In this document: piece by piece, positions 10,175-19,614 of the stretch | How positions within the stretch are numbered: position 1 is the stretch's first letter | Layout of the letters: each line of letters opens with the position of its first letter | NCBI GenBank assembly: GCA_042217555.1 | Contig: JBDGSL010000002.1 | Location: 79,343 to 143,342 of the forward strand | DNA from: Candidatus Nanohalobium sp. | Lineage (GTDB): Archaea; Nanohalarchaeota; Nanosalinia; Nanosalinales; Nanosalinaceae | Direction: 5' to 3' | DNA: 64,000 nt | The notes under the pieces: generated by a model | Database searches by the model: none | Told to the model about the DNA's origin: nothing | Seen by the model: only the letters and a program-made list of their open reading frames with translations | Program-made: the position numbers and the translations under genes

Positions 10175-10364
10175 TTTATAAAGTTTTCTTCCCTTTTCCA
10201 GTAATACCCGACACGAGTTTTCTCGGTTGGGACAAGCCGGCTCTTGTGGAGTGGGCCTCTGGTGATTGAATTCAGCGGCTAGACAAAGTTACGTCGTTGA
10301 ATTATACTTAAACTGGCTATGCCTCTGACTTCAGTTGGAGGCCTATAGGAGTTGAATCAACACA
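10175..10364 (+). promoter_or_regulatory. TATA box and structured ~160-nt leader of the rpl3 operon
   Basis: TTTATAAA at 10175-10182; several hairpins before the ATG. Confidence 0.6.
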
Positions 10365-11336
10365 ATGGCAGACAAGAATAGATCAAGAAGCGGTTCACTG
10401 GCGTACAAGCCCAAGACACGGGCTGAAAGAATCTACCCAGACGTAAGTACGTGGGAAGACACAGACAAACAAAAACCATTAGGATACGCAGGATACAAGG
10501 TCGGAATGACCCGGGTACTGCGAATAGATGATACAGAAGGAGCAACACAGGGACAGGAAATCGCAACACCTGTAACAATTCTCGAAGCTCCGCCACTGAG
10601 AGTTTACGGAGCACGTTTCTACGTTGAAGATATCAACTCTGGAAAACAGGTCTTCACAGAGGCCTGGACAGAAAGCCCTTCGAAGGAACTCCAGAGAGCA
10701 ACAGACATCCCGAAAGAAGGAAACATGGACAACCTGGAGAAAGCAAAGGAAAACTCAGGGAATATTACGGATGTCAAGCTGTTGGTTCACACTCAGCCTT
10801 CTCGTGCAGGAATCAGTAAGAAGAAACCTGCCAACTTTGAACTCGGCCTAGGTGGCTCAGTTGAAGATCAGCTTGAGTACGCAGAAGAGATGATCGGAAA
10901 AGAAATCGAGTTCTCGGACGTATTCGAGGAAGGAGAGTACTCGGACGTTATCGGTGTTACGAAAGGAAAGGGAATGGAAGGTCCTGTACAGCGTTACGGA
11001 ATCAAGAAGCTGGACCACAAGACGCAGAAGAAAAGAAGAAAGGCTGGAAACGTCGGTCCATGGCATCCGGACCAGCTTTCATGGAGAATTCCTCTTCCAG
11101 GACAGCAGGGTTACAACAACAGGACAGAGGAAAACAAGAGGATCCTCGCACATGGTGAAGACCCAGAGGAAGTTCAGAGGGATGGAGGATTCAAGAACTA
11201 CGGAGAAGTCAAGTCCAACTACATTTTAGTTAAGGGAAGCGTACCAGGACCGGCAGAAAGACTGGTCCGACTTAGAACAGCACTGAGAAAGGATGAAAAA
11301 CCAGGAAATCCAGAGATCACGCACATCGAAAAATAA
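10365..11336 (+). CDS. rpl3: 50S ribosomal protein L3
   Basis: RSGSLAYKP, GYKVGMT, TKGKG, KGSVPG. Confidence 0.98.
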   Translation: MADKNRSRSGSLAYKPKTRAERIYPDVSTWEDTDKQKPLGYAGYKVGMTRVLRIDDTEGATQGQEIATPVTILEAPPLRVYGARFYVEDINSGKQVFTEAWTESPSKELQRATDIPKEGNMDNLEKAKENSGNITDVKLLVHTQPSRAGISKKKPANFELGLGGSVEDQLEYAEEMIGKEIEFSDVFEEGEYSDVIGVTKGKGMEGPVQRYGIKKLDHKTQKKRRKAGNVGPWHPDQLSWRIPLPGQQGYNNRTEENKRILAHGEDPEEVQRDGGFKNYGEVKSNYILVKGSVPGPAERLVRLRTALRKDEKPGNPEITHIEK

Positions 11337-11347
11337 GGTGAATTAAA

Positions 11348-12103
11348 ATGGAGCTACCAAACCAGTTCGACGAGAGGATAAGGCCAGACATCATCAAGAG
11401 AGCCAACCTTTCAATCAAGAGCAAGAAAAGACAGGACTACGGGTCAGACCCGGAAGCAGGACTGCGACACGTAGTATACTGGAAAAAACAGCAAAACGCA
11501 TACAGAGGGCAGAAAGGAAAGGGAATGTCTCGTACTCCTCGAAAGATCCGTGTCAGAAGAGGAAGTCAGATCTATGGAGACGGAGCAGAAGCACCGAACA
11601 CGATCGGTGGCAGAACCGCCCATCCTCCAAAAGCAGAGAAAAACTTTGAAGAAGAGATCAACGACAAGGAAAGAAGAAAGGCAATCAGGTCAGCAATCGC
11701 AGCAACAGCAGACCGGGAACTTGTCTCAGAGAAACATGAGTATGAAGGAGAAGTCCCGATTATCGAGGAAGGAATCTCAGGGATTGAAAAGACACAGGAA
11801 CTCAAGGAGAAGCTCGAAGACCTTGGACTTGAAGACGAACTTGACAGAGTGTCCGAGAAGAAAGTTAGAGGAGGTAAAGGAGCCAATCGTGGAAGAAAGT
11901 ACGTTAGAAAGGTTGGCCCGCTTGTAGTAACAGCGGAAGACGAAGGAATCTCAGATGCGGCAAGCAACCTGGCAGGTGTAGACCACTCCCAGGTAGATCA
12001 GCTGAACGCCGAAAAACTTGCTCCAGGAGCAGAACCAGGAAGACTGGTTGTATGGAGCAAAAAAGCAGTAGAGAAACTTGAAGAAGACGGTATGTACCAA
12101 TGA
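11348..12103 (+). CDS. rpl4: 50S ribosomal protein L4
   Basis: IRPDII, LAPGAEPGRL; operon order. Confidence 0.97.
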   Translation: MELPNQFDERIRPDIIKRANLSIKSKKRQDYGSDPEAGLRHVVYWKKQQNAYRGQKGKGMSRTPRKIRVRRGSQIYGDGAEAPNTIGGRTAHPPKAEKNFEEEINDKERRKAIRSAIAATADRELVSEKHEYEGEVPIIEEGISGIEKTQELKEKLEDLGLEDELDRVSEKKVRGGKGANRGRKYVRKVGPLVVTAEDEGISDAASNLAGVDHSQVDQLNAEKLAPGAEPGRLVVWSKKAVEKLEEDGMYQ

Positions 12104-12159
12104 AAACGAAAACACAAGGTTTTCTAAGATTCAGCAACACGCGAGGTGTAACTGAATAA
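12100..12159 (+). CDS. Bridging mini-ORF (19 aa, MKTKTQGFLRFSNTRGVTE)
   Basis: ATGA overlap with rpl4 stop; TAATG overlap with rpl23 start. Confidence 0.6.
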   Translation: MKTKTQGFLRFSNTRGVTE

Positions 12160-12428
12160 TGGAAGTTGACAGAGCATGGGAAGTTATCGAAAATCCACAC
12201 ATGACAGAACAGGCGATGGACATGATCGACGAAGAAAACAAACTCGTCCTCATGGTGGATCTGGAAGCAGACAAAGGCCAGGTAGAGGACGCAGTAGAGA
12301 CTCTGTTCGATGTGGATGTTGAGAAGGTCAATACTAACATCACGTCTTCCGCAAAGAAAAAAGCATACGTAAGACTAAGTCCAAGTGACAGCGCGATGGA
12401 CGTCGCGACTGAGCTTGGCATGATGTGA
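12159..12428 (+). CDS. rpl23: 50S ribosomal protein L23
   Basis: ENKLVLMV...KVNT...KKAYVRL. Confidence 0.97.
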   Translation: MEVDRAWEVIENPHMTEQAMDMIDEENKLVLMVDLEADKGQVEDAVETLFDVDVEKVNTNITSSAKKKAYVRLSPSDSAMDVATELGMM

Positions 12429-12438
12429 GGTAGGTAAT

Positions 12439-12492
12439 ATGACTAAAATCGAAGATTTTATGGGTTACCAGAAACTCGGTGAGTTTCGATAA
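12439..12492 (+). CDS. Bridging mini-ORF (17 aa, MTKIEDFMGYQKLGEFR)
   Basis: Own SD (GAGGT); TAATG overlap with rpl2 start. Confidence 0.6.
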   Translation: MTKIEDFMGYQKLGEFR

Positions 12493-13193
12493 TGGGATCG
12501 CCACTAAAACAGCAGAGAAGAGGAAAGGGAAGTCCAAACTTCCAGGCCAATAAGAAAGGCAAGGGAGTAACGGATCACAAAAACGCAGAAGTAACGGGAA
12601 CAGTAGTAGACCTGGTCCACGACCCGGCCAGGACAGCACCGGTAGCAAAAGTAGAGTTCGAAGACGGAGAAGTCAGAAACATTCTTGCACCGGAAGGCCT
12701 ACAGACAGGAGACGAAATTCAGGTCGGAGTATCAGCACCTGTAGAACCCGGAAACGTACTTCCACTAGGAGAAATCCCGGAAGGAGTACCAATCAACAAC
12801 ATCGAACTACAGCCAAACGACGGAGGAAAAATGGTTAAGGCATCAGGAACATACGCATTCGTCGTAACACAGGAGCAGGACGGAGTAAGAATCAAGCTTC
12901 CAAGCGGTGACTTCAAGAAACTCGATACTGAATGCAGAGCAACAGTTGGAAAGGTTGCAGCCGGCGGAAGAAAAGACAAGCCGCTTGTCAAGGCCGGAAA
13001 CGCATCCAAGGCTGCAAAGGCTCGTGGAAAACAGTACCCAACTGTCTCCGCAGTAGCCATGAACGCAGTCGACCACCCATTCGGTGGATCAGCAAAACCA
13101 GGACAGCCAAAGACAGTTTCCAAGCACGCTTCACCAGGAAGCAAGGTTGGAAACATCGGAGCCAAACGCTCCGGAAAGAAGAACAACGACTAG
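12492..13193 (+). CDS. rpl2: 50S ribosomal protein L2
   Basis: HDPARTAP, AMNAVDHPFGG. Confidence 0.98.
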   Translation: MGSPLKQQRRGKGSPNFQANKKGKGVTDHKNAEVTGTVVDLVHDPARTAPVAKVEFEDGEVRNILAPEGLQTGDEIQVGVSAPVEPGNVLPLGEIPEGVPINNIELQPNDGGKMVKASGTYAFVVTQEQDGVRIKLPSGDFKKLDTECRATVGKVAAGGRKDKPLVKAGNASKAAKARGKQYPTVSAVAMNAVDHPFGGSAKPGQPKTVSKHASPGSKVGNIGAKRSGKKNND

Positions 13194-13203
13194 GTGAACC
13201 CGC

Positions 13204-13263
13204 ATGACTAAAATCAAAGATTTTATGGCATTGCAGAAAACCACTGAGGTGGTTTTCGAATGA
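13204..13263 (+). CDS. Bridging mini-ORF (19 aa, MTKIKDFMALQKTTEVVFE)
   Basis: SD AGGTGA; ATGA overlap with rps19 start. Confidence 0.6.
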   Translation: MTKIKDFMALQKTTEVVFE

Positions 13264-13637
13264 CAGAAGAATTCACTTACAGAGGAAAAACACTCGAAGA
13301 ACTCCAGGACATGAGCCACGACGAACTAGCACCGCTTATGGATGCCCGGGCTCGCAGAAAACTGGAGAGAGGTCTTCGAGAAAACGAGGAAAAACTACTG
13401 GAAAAACTGGAGGACAAGGACCGTGTCCAGACACATCTCAGAGGAATGATCGTCCTTCCAGAAATGGTAGGAAAGACTATCGAGATCTACAACGGGCAAG
13501 GATTCGAAGAGGTTGATATTGAAGAAGAGATGATTGGCCACTACCTAGGAGAGTTCGCAAAAACCAGGAAAGAAGTATCACACAGCGCACCAGGACTCGG
13601 TGCTACAAGATCTTCAAAGCACGTACCGCTTAAGTGA
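13260..13637 (+). CDS. rps19: 30S ribosomal protein S19
   Basis: FTYRGK, MIGHYLGEFA. Confidence 0.98.
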   Translation: MTEEFTYRGKTLEELQDMSHDELAPLMDARARRKLERGLRENEEKLLEKLEDKDRVQTHLRGMIVLPEMVGKTIEIYNGQGFEEVDIEEEMIGHYLGEFAKTRKEVSHSAPGLGATRSSKHVPLK

Positions 13638-13642
13638 TTCAA

Positions 13643-13750
13643 ATGCGAAAATCAGAGATTCGAAAATTCGGAGAATTTTCTCCAAGAAATTCCTCACGGA
13701 ATTTCGTTTTCAGCCTTCCCAGAAACTCACAAGGTGAGTTTCGGCAATGA
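13643..13750 (+). CDS. Bridging mini-ORF (35 aa)
   Basis: Stop-free frame across the spacer; ATGA overlap with rpl22 start. Confidence 0.55.
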   Translation: MRKSEIRKFGEFSPRNSSRNFVFSLPRNSQGEFRQ

Positions 13751-14169
13751 ACAAGATCGAAACAGAACCACATCAGGCAAGAGCACTCGGCAAGAACATG
13801 CCGATCTCCTGGAAAGACGCAACAGAAATCGGCCGCTTCATCAAGGGAGACACGGTCGAAAAAGCAGAGAGAAAACTGGAAAAGGTAACGGAAGAAGAAC
13901 TCGCCGTACCGTACACAAAGTTCGACAGCGACGCAGGCCACCGAAGCGGAGACGGAGACTCAGGAAAATATCCTGTCAAAGCAGCAGAACACATGCTTGA
14001 AGTCGTACAGGAAGCAGCAAGCAACGCAGAACACCAGGGACTTAACCCGGGATCACTGCATGTAGAAAACGTCATCACAAACAAAGGAAACGAGTACGCA
14101 ACCCCTGGACGGTTTAGGGGAGAGAAAACCAAGGCAGCACATGTCAACGTAATCGTAGGTGAAAAGTAA
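13747..14169 (+). CDS. rpl22: 50S ribosomal protein L22
   Basis: ISWKDATEI, GKYPVKAA, NAEHQGL. Confidence 0.96.
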   Translation: MNKIETEPHQARALGKNMPISWKDATEIGRFIKGDTVEKAERKLEKVTEEELAVPYTKFDSDAGHRSGDGDSGKYPVKAAEHMLEVVQEAASNAEHQGLNPGSLHVENVITNKGNEYATPGRFRGEKTKAAHVNVIVGEK

Positions 14170-14273
14170 TGAATCGAAAACGAAAATTCAGTGAATTTTC
14201 TCAGAGAAAATCCTCAGGGATTTTCGGATCAGAGATTTTCTCAGTGATTTACACGCAAGGTGAAAATCAATAA
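14169..14273 (+). CDS. Bridging mini-ORF (34 aa)
   Basis: TAATG overlaps at both ends. Confidence 0.6.
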   Translation: MNRKRKFSEFSQRKSSGIFGSEIFSVIYTQGENQ

Positions 14274-15427
14274 TGCAAGAGAAACAGTTTATTGAGAAGG
14301 GAGCAAGGAAGGTAAGGCTTGATGAGTTCTTCTCGGATGAGCTTGCAGGAGCAGGTTATTCCAACTGTGAAATTGAGAGGACTCCTACAAGTACCAAAAT
14401 CGTAGTACATGCACAGAAACCAGGACTGGTTATAGGACGTGGTGGAAGCAGGATTCAGGAACTGACTGAAGATCTTGAAAGCGAGTTCGATTTCGAGAAC
14501 CCGCAGATCGAGGTCAGCGAGATCGATGAACCGGATGCAGACGCAAAGGTCGTGGCGAAGAGTATTGCAGACTGGCTTGAGAAAGGAGGCCACGCCAAAC
14601 GTGTAGGATACACATACGTCCGCAGGATGAAAGAAGCAGGTGTTATCGGAGCAGAGATAGAGATTACAGGAAAACTCTCCGGTAACAGAGGAAGAACAGA
14701 GAAGTTCTCCTTCGGATACGTCAAGAGATGTGGAGACACCTCAAAGAAAAACGTTCAGAAAGGATACGAGCTAGCCCGTACCAAACCAGGTGCTATCGGT
14801 GTCAAAGTAAGGATCATGAAGGACATGCCAGGTTTCCTTCACAGAGACGTCGATGTAAGCGGTGAAGTCCTCCATGAAGTCCAGGAAACTGAGGAAGCAA
14901 GAGATAAATCCACGAGGATTGAGGAAGTCGTCAGAGAAGCAGAGAATATGACTTCGGCAGAGCTTGAAAGAGCTATCGAGGAGAAGACAGAGGAAGTCAA
15001 GACAGACGACATCTCCAAGGAGGAAATCAGGGAAGCCTTCGACTCCGCTGACGCAGTAGAGAAACTGGAGGAAGAAGCTGAAGAAGTCGAAGAAGAAGCA
15101 GAGGAAATCATCGAGGAAGAAACAGGTGAAGAACAGGAAGAAGACGTTGAAGCAACTGAAAAGGAAGCTGAAGAAGTCAAAGAAGAGGCAGAGAAAGTTG
15201 CTGAAGAGACAGAGGATGAAGACGTAGAAGAAAAGGCTGAAGAAGTTGAGGAGGAAATGGAAGAAGTAGAAAAAGACCTTGAGGAAATCGTCTCAGGTAC
15301 GATAAGCGATGCCAAAGAGATGATCAACGAACTGGAGAATCCTGACTTCACAGCCCTGCTCGAGGCAGAGAAAGAGAACAAGGACCGTAAAACCTTCAAG
15401 GACTGGCTTGAAACCCGGAAGGATTAA
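14273..15427 (+). CDS. rps3: 30S ribosomal protein S3 with long acidic C-terminal extension
   Basis: KH motif PGLVIGRGG, GAIGVKVRI. Confidence 0.97.
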   Translation: MQEKQFIEKGARKVRLDEFFSDELAGAGYSNCEIERTPTSTKIVVHAQKPGLVIGRGGSRIQELTEDLESEFDFENPQIEVSEIDEPDADAKVVAKSIADWLEKGGHAKRVGYTYVRRMKEAGVIGAEIEITGKLSGNRGRTEKFSFGYVKRCGDTSKKNVQKGYELARTKPGAIGVKVRIMKDMPGFLHRDVDVSGEVLHEVQETEEARDKSTRIEEVVREAENMTSAELERAIEEKTEEVKTDDISKEEIREAFDSADAVEKLEEEAEEVEEEAEEIIEEETGEEQEEDVEATEKEAEEVKEEAEKVAEETEDEDVEEKAEEVEEEMEEVEKDLEEIVSGTISDAKEMINELENPDFTALLEAEKENKDRKTFKDWLETRKD

Positions 15428-15452
15428 AAGAGCTGAGAGGTGAAACCAAACC

Positions 15453-15641
15453 GTGAAAGCAGAAGAACTAAGAGAGAAGAGCGTATCCGAACTGAAGGAA
15501 GAACTTGGAAACCTTCAGAAAGAACTCGTACAGCAGAGAGGACAGATCGAGGCCGGAGGATTCGCTGACAGCCCGGGAGAGATCAAAGAGATGAAGAAAA
15601 CCATTGCAAGAATCAAAACAGTTCTCAACGAACGCAACTAG
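15453..15641 (+). CDS. rpl29: 50S ribosomal protein L29
   Basis: KAEELRE...KKTIARIKT; GTG start. Confidence 0.95.
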   Translation: MKAEELREKSVSELKEELGNLQKELVQQRGQIEAGGFADSPGEIKEMKKTIARIKTVLNERN

Positions 15642-15647
15642 ATACTA

Positions 15648-15755
15648 ATGAACGAAATTCACAGAATTTCTGGAATCAAAGGCCTTTCAGGCCTTCTGCA
15701 ACCTAGAAACCTGAAAGGTTTCGGAACTGCAGAAAATCGGGAGGCCGATTTTTGA
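15648..15755 (+). CDS. Bridging mini-ORF (35 aa)
   Basis: Stop TGA directly abuts the sui1 ATG. Confidence 0.5.
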   Translation: MNEIHRISGIKGLSGLLQPRNLKGFGTAENREADF

Positions 15756-16061
15756 ATGTCAGAGACCTGTCCAAAGTGCGGAATGCCTGAAGATCTTTGC
15801 GTCTGCGACAGCATCGCACGTGAAGATCAACAGATTACAGTAAAACTCGACTCAAGAAGCTACAATAAAGAGATGACAGTAGTTGAAGGCCTTGAAGAAG
15901 GATCAGAAATAGACGAACTGGCCTCGACACTGAAATCCCAACTTGCCTGCGGAGGAACAGCCAAGGAAGGCCACATAGAACTTCAGGGCGACCACAGAAG
16001 AAGAATCGTCGACATACTGGAAGACGAAGGCTTCTCACGAGAAAACATCGAAGTCAAATAA
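15756..16061 (+). CDS. sui1: Translation initiation factor SUI1 (aIF1)
   Basis: CPKCG..DLCVC, LACGGT, IELQGDH. Confidence 0.97.
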   Translation: MSETCPKCGMPEDLCVCDSIAREDQQITVKLDSRSYNKEMTVVEGLEEGSEIDELASTLKSQLACGGTAKEGHIELQGDHRRRIVDILEDEGFSRENIEVK

Positions 16062-16254
16062 ATCTTCGACACATTTTTACTTCTCCATTTTCTCCGTATT
16101 GAGTCTCAGTAGCATGACTTACTGATTGGGGGCAGCGATTTTTAGCTTTTCTAAAATTGGAATATAAGGTTTGAGGACAGGCTTGAGGGAATATTTGATT
16201 ATGTTGAGGTAGTAGATGAAGATAACTTCCTTGTTGTCAGGGCTGTGAAGTAGT

Positions 16255-16578
16255 TTACCTGTTTCTCTCGTGTTTTCTGGCAAACTCTTGCCAGTTGTCT
16301 ACAATTTTCTGGTATGCCGACCAGTAGTCCAGATGCTCTAGAGGAACTTTGTCGTCCTTGAAGGGGTGATCCTGGAACTTTAGGTCGATGTGTACAAATC
16401 CGTGTGCTGTGTCTAAAGTCACTACTTCCTCGTTTTCCTCTGTCTCAGGATTCCTGCAGACAAGAGTTATGCAGAAGTCTTCTTTTTCTTCAACGTCTTC
16501 TAGTTTATAGTCTGGCCTGTAGACGACCTCATATGCTTTGCCTTTAAACTGTCCCAGAGATAAGGAGTCGCTGGTCAT
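16255..16578 (-). CDS. Putative TumE/DUF7718-like toxin (start uncertain)
   Basis: DTAHGFVHID motif; divergent from an HVO_A0114-type HTH gene. Confidence 0.55.
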   Translation of the reverse strand: MTSDSLSLGQFKGKAYEVVYRPDYKLEDVEEKEDFCITLVCRNPETEENEEVVTLDTAHGFVHIDLKFQDHPFKDDKVPLEHLDYWSAYQKIVDNWQEFARKHERNR

Positions 16579-16689
16579 TGCCGATTTTCCCTCTAAATGT
16601 TGTTTGTAATACATCATTGATAAAGTGTTGAGGTCAGACATCATCACTTATTTAAGCTTTCAGCAACCACATTCCATATAGTGGCGGAA

Positions 16690-17061
16690 ATGGAGACTAC
16701 TACTGCAGAATCTGAAATAGATGTGGAAAAAGAGGGGTCGAAATCCTATGTTGGTGAGGACACGCTCGAATTTGTCAAAGAAGTTATTGAGAACAACAAA
16801 GACGTAAGTACTCACGTCATACCTGCTGAACTTGCCAGGAAGATAATGACGGAGAAAAGAATAGAGATTATAGAAACTATCAGAGAAGAGGAAATAGAAT
16901 CCAAAAGAGATCTGGCCAGAAAAGTAGACAGAGACATCAGTGTAGTCTCTAAAGACCTCAAAGTACTCTGGAAATACGGCATCGTCGAGTACAGGGAAGA
17001 AGACAATAACCGGAAGATACCGGAGATCACAGCCGAAAAAATAATAATAGAGCCTCTGTAA
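16690..17061 (+). CDS. HVO_A0114-like HTH DNA-binding protein
   Basis: TEKRIEII...SKRDLARKVDRDISVVSKDLKVL. Confidence 0.75.
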   Translation: METTTAESEIDVEKEGSKSYVGEDTLEFVKEVIENNKDVSTHVIPAELARKIMTEKRIEIIETIREEEIESKRDLARKVDRDISVVSKDLKVLWKYGIVEYREEDNNRKIPEITAEKIIIEPL

Positions 17062-17070
17062 AAACAATGT

Positions 17071-17593
17071 ATGCCGGGCGCAGTATTTCTAGAAGGCGAC
17101 AAAGTCAACCTCAGAACAGTTGAGGAAGAGGATCTGGAATTTATCAGAGATGCCTATAACCATCCTGAGGTTTGGCCTTGGCTAACTCATCAAGGTCCTC
17201 AAAACTTGGAGCAGGAGCGAGAATTCTTCGAAAACGTTATCTGCAGTGATGATCAGATCAACCTGGCGATTTCCGACGAAGAGACTATAACGGGTTTGAT
17301 ATCTCTCGTTCCGAAAGATGAGGACTGTAGCAGAGATAGGTATCTGGATTCATCCTGACTACCACGGAAACGGGTTTGGCACAGAAGCATCTGAACTCTT
17401 GGTAAAGTACGCCTTTGACCACAGGAACTACCACAAAATCGTGGCCCGTGCAATTGAGTCAAACACAGGATCTCAGAAAATCTGGGAGAAACTGGGGTTC
17501 CAGAAAGAAGGAGAACAAAGAGAGGAAATGTACAGAGACGGCAAACACAGAGACGTCTACTACTACGGCCTCATAGAACACGAGAGAAATTAA
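17071..17593 (+). CDS. RimJ/RimL GNAT acetyltransferase, frameshifted near 17320
   Basis: Two ORFs form one protein: VNLRTVEEEDL / EIGIWIHPDYHGNGFGTE...N..SQKIWEKLGF. Confidence 0.85.
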
Positions 17594-18193
17594 ATGAGAA
17601 ACAAAGTGAAGAAAGGCTATGAAGAAGGAGATTATGAATCTGATTACAGGGAAGGCAGGGACGTAAGGCCTGAAGAAAAAGATTTTTTCGACTCCCTTTC
17701 AGACCTGACAGGAGGAGATAAACTACTGGATTTAGGCTGTGGGACTGGAGTTCCTTTCGACAGGTATCTCTCAGAAAAGGGTTGGAAAGTTACAGGCTTT
17801 GATATCGCTGAAACTCACGTGGAAAAAGCCAGGGAAAACGTACCTTCTGGAGAGTTTAGACAGGGAGACTTCTTTCAACTGGACTTTGAAGAAGGCAGCT
17901 TTGACGCTGTAGTCAGCTTCTACGCTATATTCCACATTCCCAGGAAACAGCATTCTAAACTGCTTGATAAGATAAGCAGATGGGTGAAACAAGACGGTGC
18001 TATTTTGATTACCATGGGAGCAGAAAAAATGGATATGATGGAAGGAGACATAGGAGGAGAGAAAATGCTGTGGAGCTCATACTCAGCAGAAAAGAACAAA
18101 GAAATAGTCAAAGAAGCAGGCTTCAACATAGTTAGCTCATATGAGGAAGACTGGAGAGAAGAAACACACCTTTGGATCCTAGCAAAACCATGA
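17594..18193 (+). CDS. Class I SAM-dependent methyltransferase
   Basis: LLDLGCGTG, FDAVVSFYAIFH. Confidence 0.92.
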   Translation: MRNKVKKGYEEGDYESDYREGRDVRPEEKDFFDSLSDLTGGDKLLDLGCGTGVPFDRYLSEKGWKVTGFDIAETHVEKARENVPSGEFRQGDFFQLDFEEGSFDAVVSFYAIFHIPRKQHSKLLDKISRWVKQDGAILITMGAEKMDMMEGDIGGEKMLWSSYSAEKNKEIVKEAGFNIVSSYEEDWREETHLWILAKP

Positions 18194-18227
18194 TAAAAAC
18201 AAAATAATTCTCACATCATTATACTAC

Positions 18228-18506
18228 ATGCCACGAACACCTGAAAACCTGCCAAGACACGAACTGATCGGATTGGAAGCAGAAGTAGAGAAGCATCCTG
18301 ATTCCAACAAAGAAGGTATCTCGGGAGAAGTACTGGATGAAACCCGTGACATGCTGAGGATAGGCGATAAATGGGTGGAGAAAAAAGGCACTACTTTCCT
18401 GTTTGAACTGGGTGAGAAGAAGGTTCGTATCGAAGGCGATATCATCGATAAAAGGCCGGAGGACAGGTTGAAAATGAAGATGCCTGGTAAATGGGAAAGT
18501 GTCTAG
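18228..18506 (+). CDS. rnp1: Ribonuclease P protein component 1 (Rpp29)
   Basis: HELIGL, GEVLDET, RPEDR; conserved position before rps17. Confidence 0.95.
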   Translation: MPRTPENLPRHELIGLEAEVEKHPDSNKEGISGEVLDETRDMLRIGDKWVEKKGTTFLFELGEKKVRIEGDIIDKRPEDRLKMKMPGKWESV

Positions 18507-18551
18507 TCCCTGTCATTACTGATTTAATATTCGGCGAACAAGATTTTTACC

Positions 18552-18827
18552 GTGGCAGAGTCTGAAATTGTCTCGTCTGAGGATACTCTTGGCGGTGAGC
18601 CACGGATTGAAGGCGCTAGAATCGGTGTTTCGCACATCGTCCAGTACTATGAGAGCGAGTGGAGTATCGAAAAGATTTCCCGGGAGCTGGACCTTGAACC
18701 TTTGGGGGTCGTGAAAGCTCTAGAATACTATTACAAGAATCTTCAGGAGATCCGAGGTATAATCAGGGATCGTAAAAGTCGTGGCATTTTGTTTGGAGAT
18801 GAAGAGGCGTTAGTGGAGAAAGCTTAG
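18552..18827 (+). CDS. DUF433 protein
   Basis: LGGEPRIEGARIGV...ALEYY. Confidence 0.85.
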   Translation: MAESEIVSSEDTLGGEPRIEGARIGVSHIVQYYESEWSIEKISRELDLEPLGVVKALEYYYKNLQEIRGIIRDRKSRGILFGDEEALVEKA

Positions 18828-19220
18828 ATGAAGTGATGTTTAGGGAGAGGTTGTGTAACTTGATTTTTCTCTGCAGCTGCTGAAAGATTTATCAGCAGGG
18901 CCGAATTATATTTGTTCGTGGAATTGATTGTAACTCCGCATGGAGAGGAAGATTTAGATTCGCTGGAGAAGACAGGAAGCCTGGGTAGGATAGCGAAAAA
19001 GATTAATGAGATAGAGGGGAAGTTGAGCAAGGTTTCGATCCTGAAAAAGTAGTTGAAAAGCGGACAGGAGGTACGTGGCATCCTATTCTACAGCAAACAG
19101 TAGGAGACTATAGGATATGGTTTATCGAGGGTGGAAAAACCAAGAAAGGTGATGAAGACAAACTATATTTGATCAGGGTATTGACCAAGCCAGAAGCATT
19201 GAAACTACAAGGTGTAGAAG

Positions 19221-19349
19221 TTAATCCAGATATTTATCTTTAATATCGCTCCAGTTCTTACCTTCGCCGCTGCCGACCGACTTCAAGGCCTCGATAGTTT
19301 TCTCTGCCTCTCTTCTCACATCTTCCGCCACCTTCACAGTTTCAGGCAT
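19221..19349 (-). CDS. Small antitoxin-like ORF or remnant (42 aa)
   Basis: MPETVKVAEDV...; SD AGGTGG upstream. Confidence 0.35.
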   Translation of the reverse strand: MPETVKVAEDVRREAEKTIEALKSVGSGEGKNWSDIKDKYLD

Positions 19350-19383
19350 TTCAATCCACCTATGTCCTATTTTGGTATAAAGA

Positions 19384-19614
19384 CTTAAACTTCTTACTGT
19401 CTTCCACCATCAGGGCTTGCACCCTTTTTAAGAGTTGTCTTCTTTTTTGTGTTTACGGCCTTTGGGTCGTGGATTTGGGATTCCTGCTGAAAGTCGCTTT
19501 CGAGCGAAACTGCAGATAGGGGTCCGGCTGAAAGTGGAAAACCTAGTTTTTCCTTGATGGTCGGGTTTCTATGCTTTTTTTCAGCAGGAGTGTTCACGAG
19601 GTGAAAAACGAATA
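19384..19614 (+). promoter_or_regulatory. Promoter and structured leader upstream of rps17
   Basis: TTAAA box at ~19385; 11-bp stem 19482-19492/19579-19589; internal hairpins. Confidence 0.6.

Noticed and set aside
14839..15399. Ser-rich antisense ORFs here and opposite other acidic genes
   Set aside because: Shadows of GAA-rich coding strands
19400..19614. SRP RNA
   Set aside because: No recognisable helix 8 GGAA/AGCAG arrangement or Alu domain
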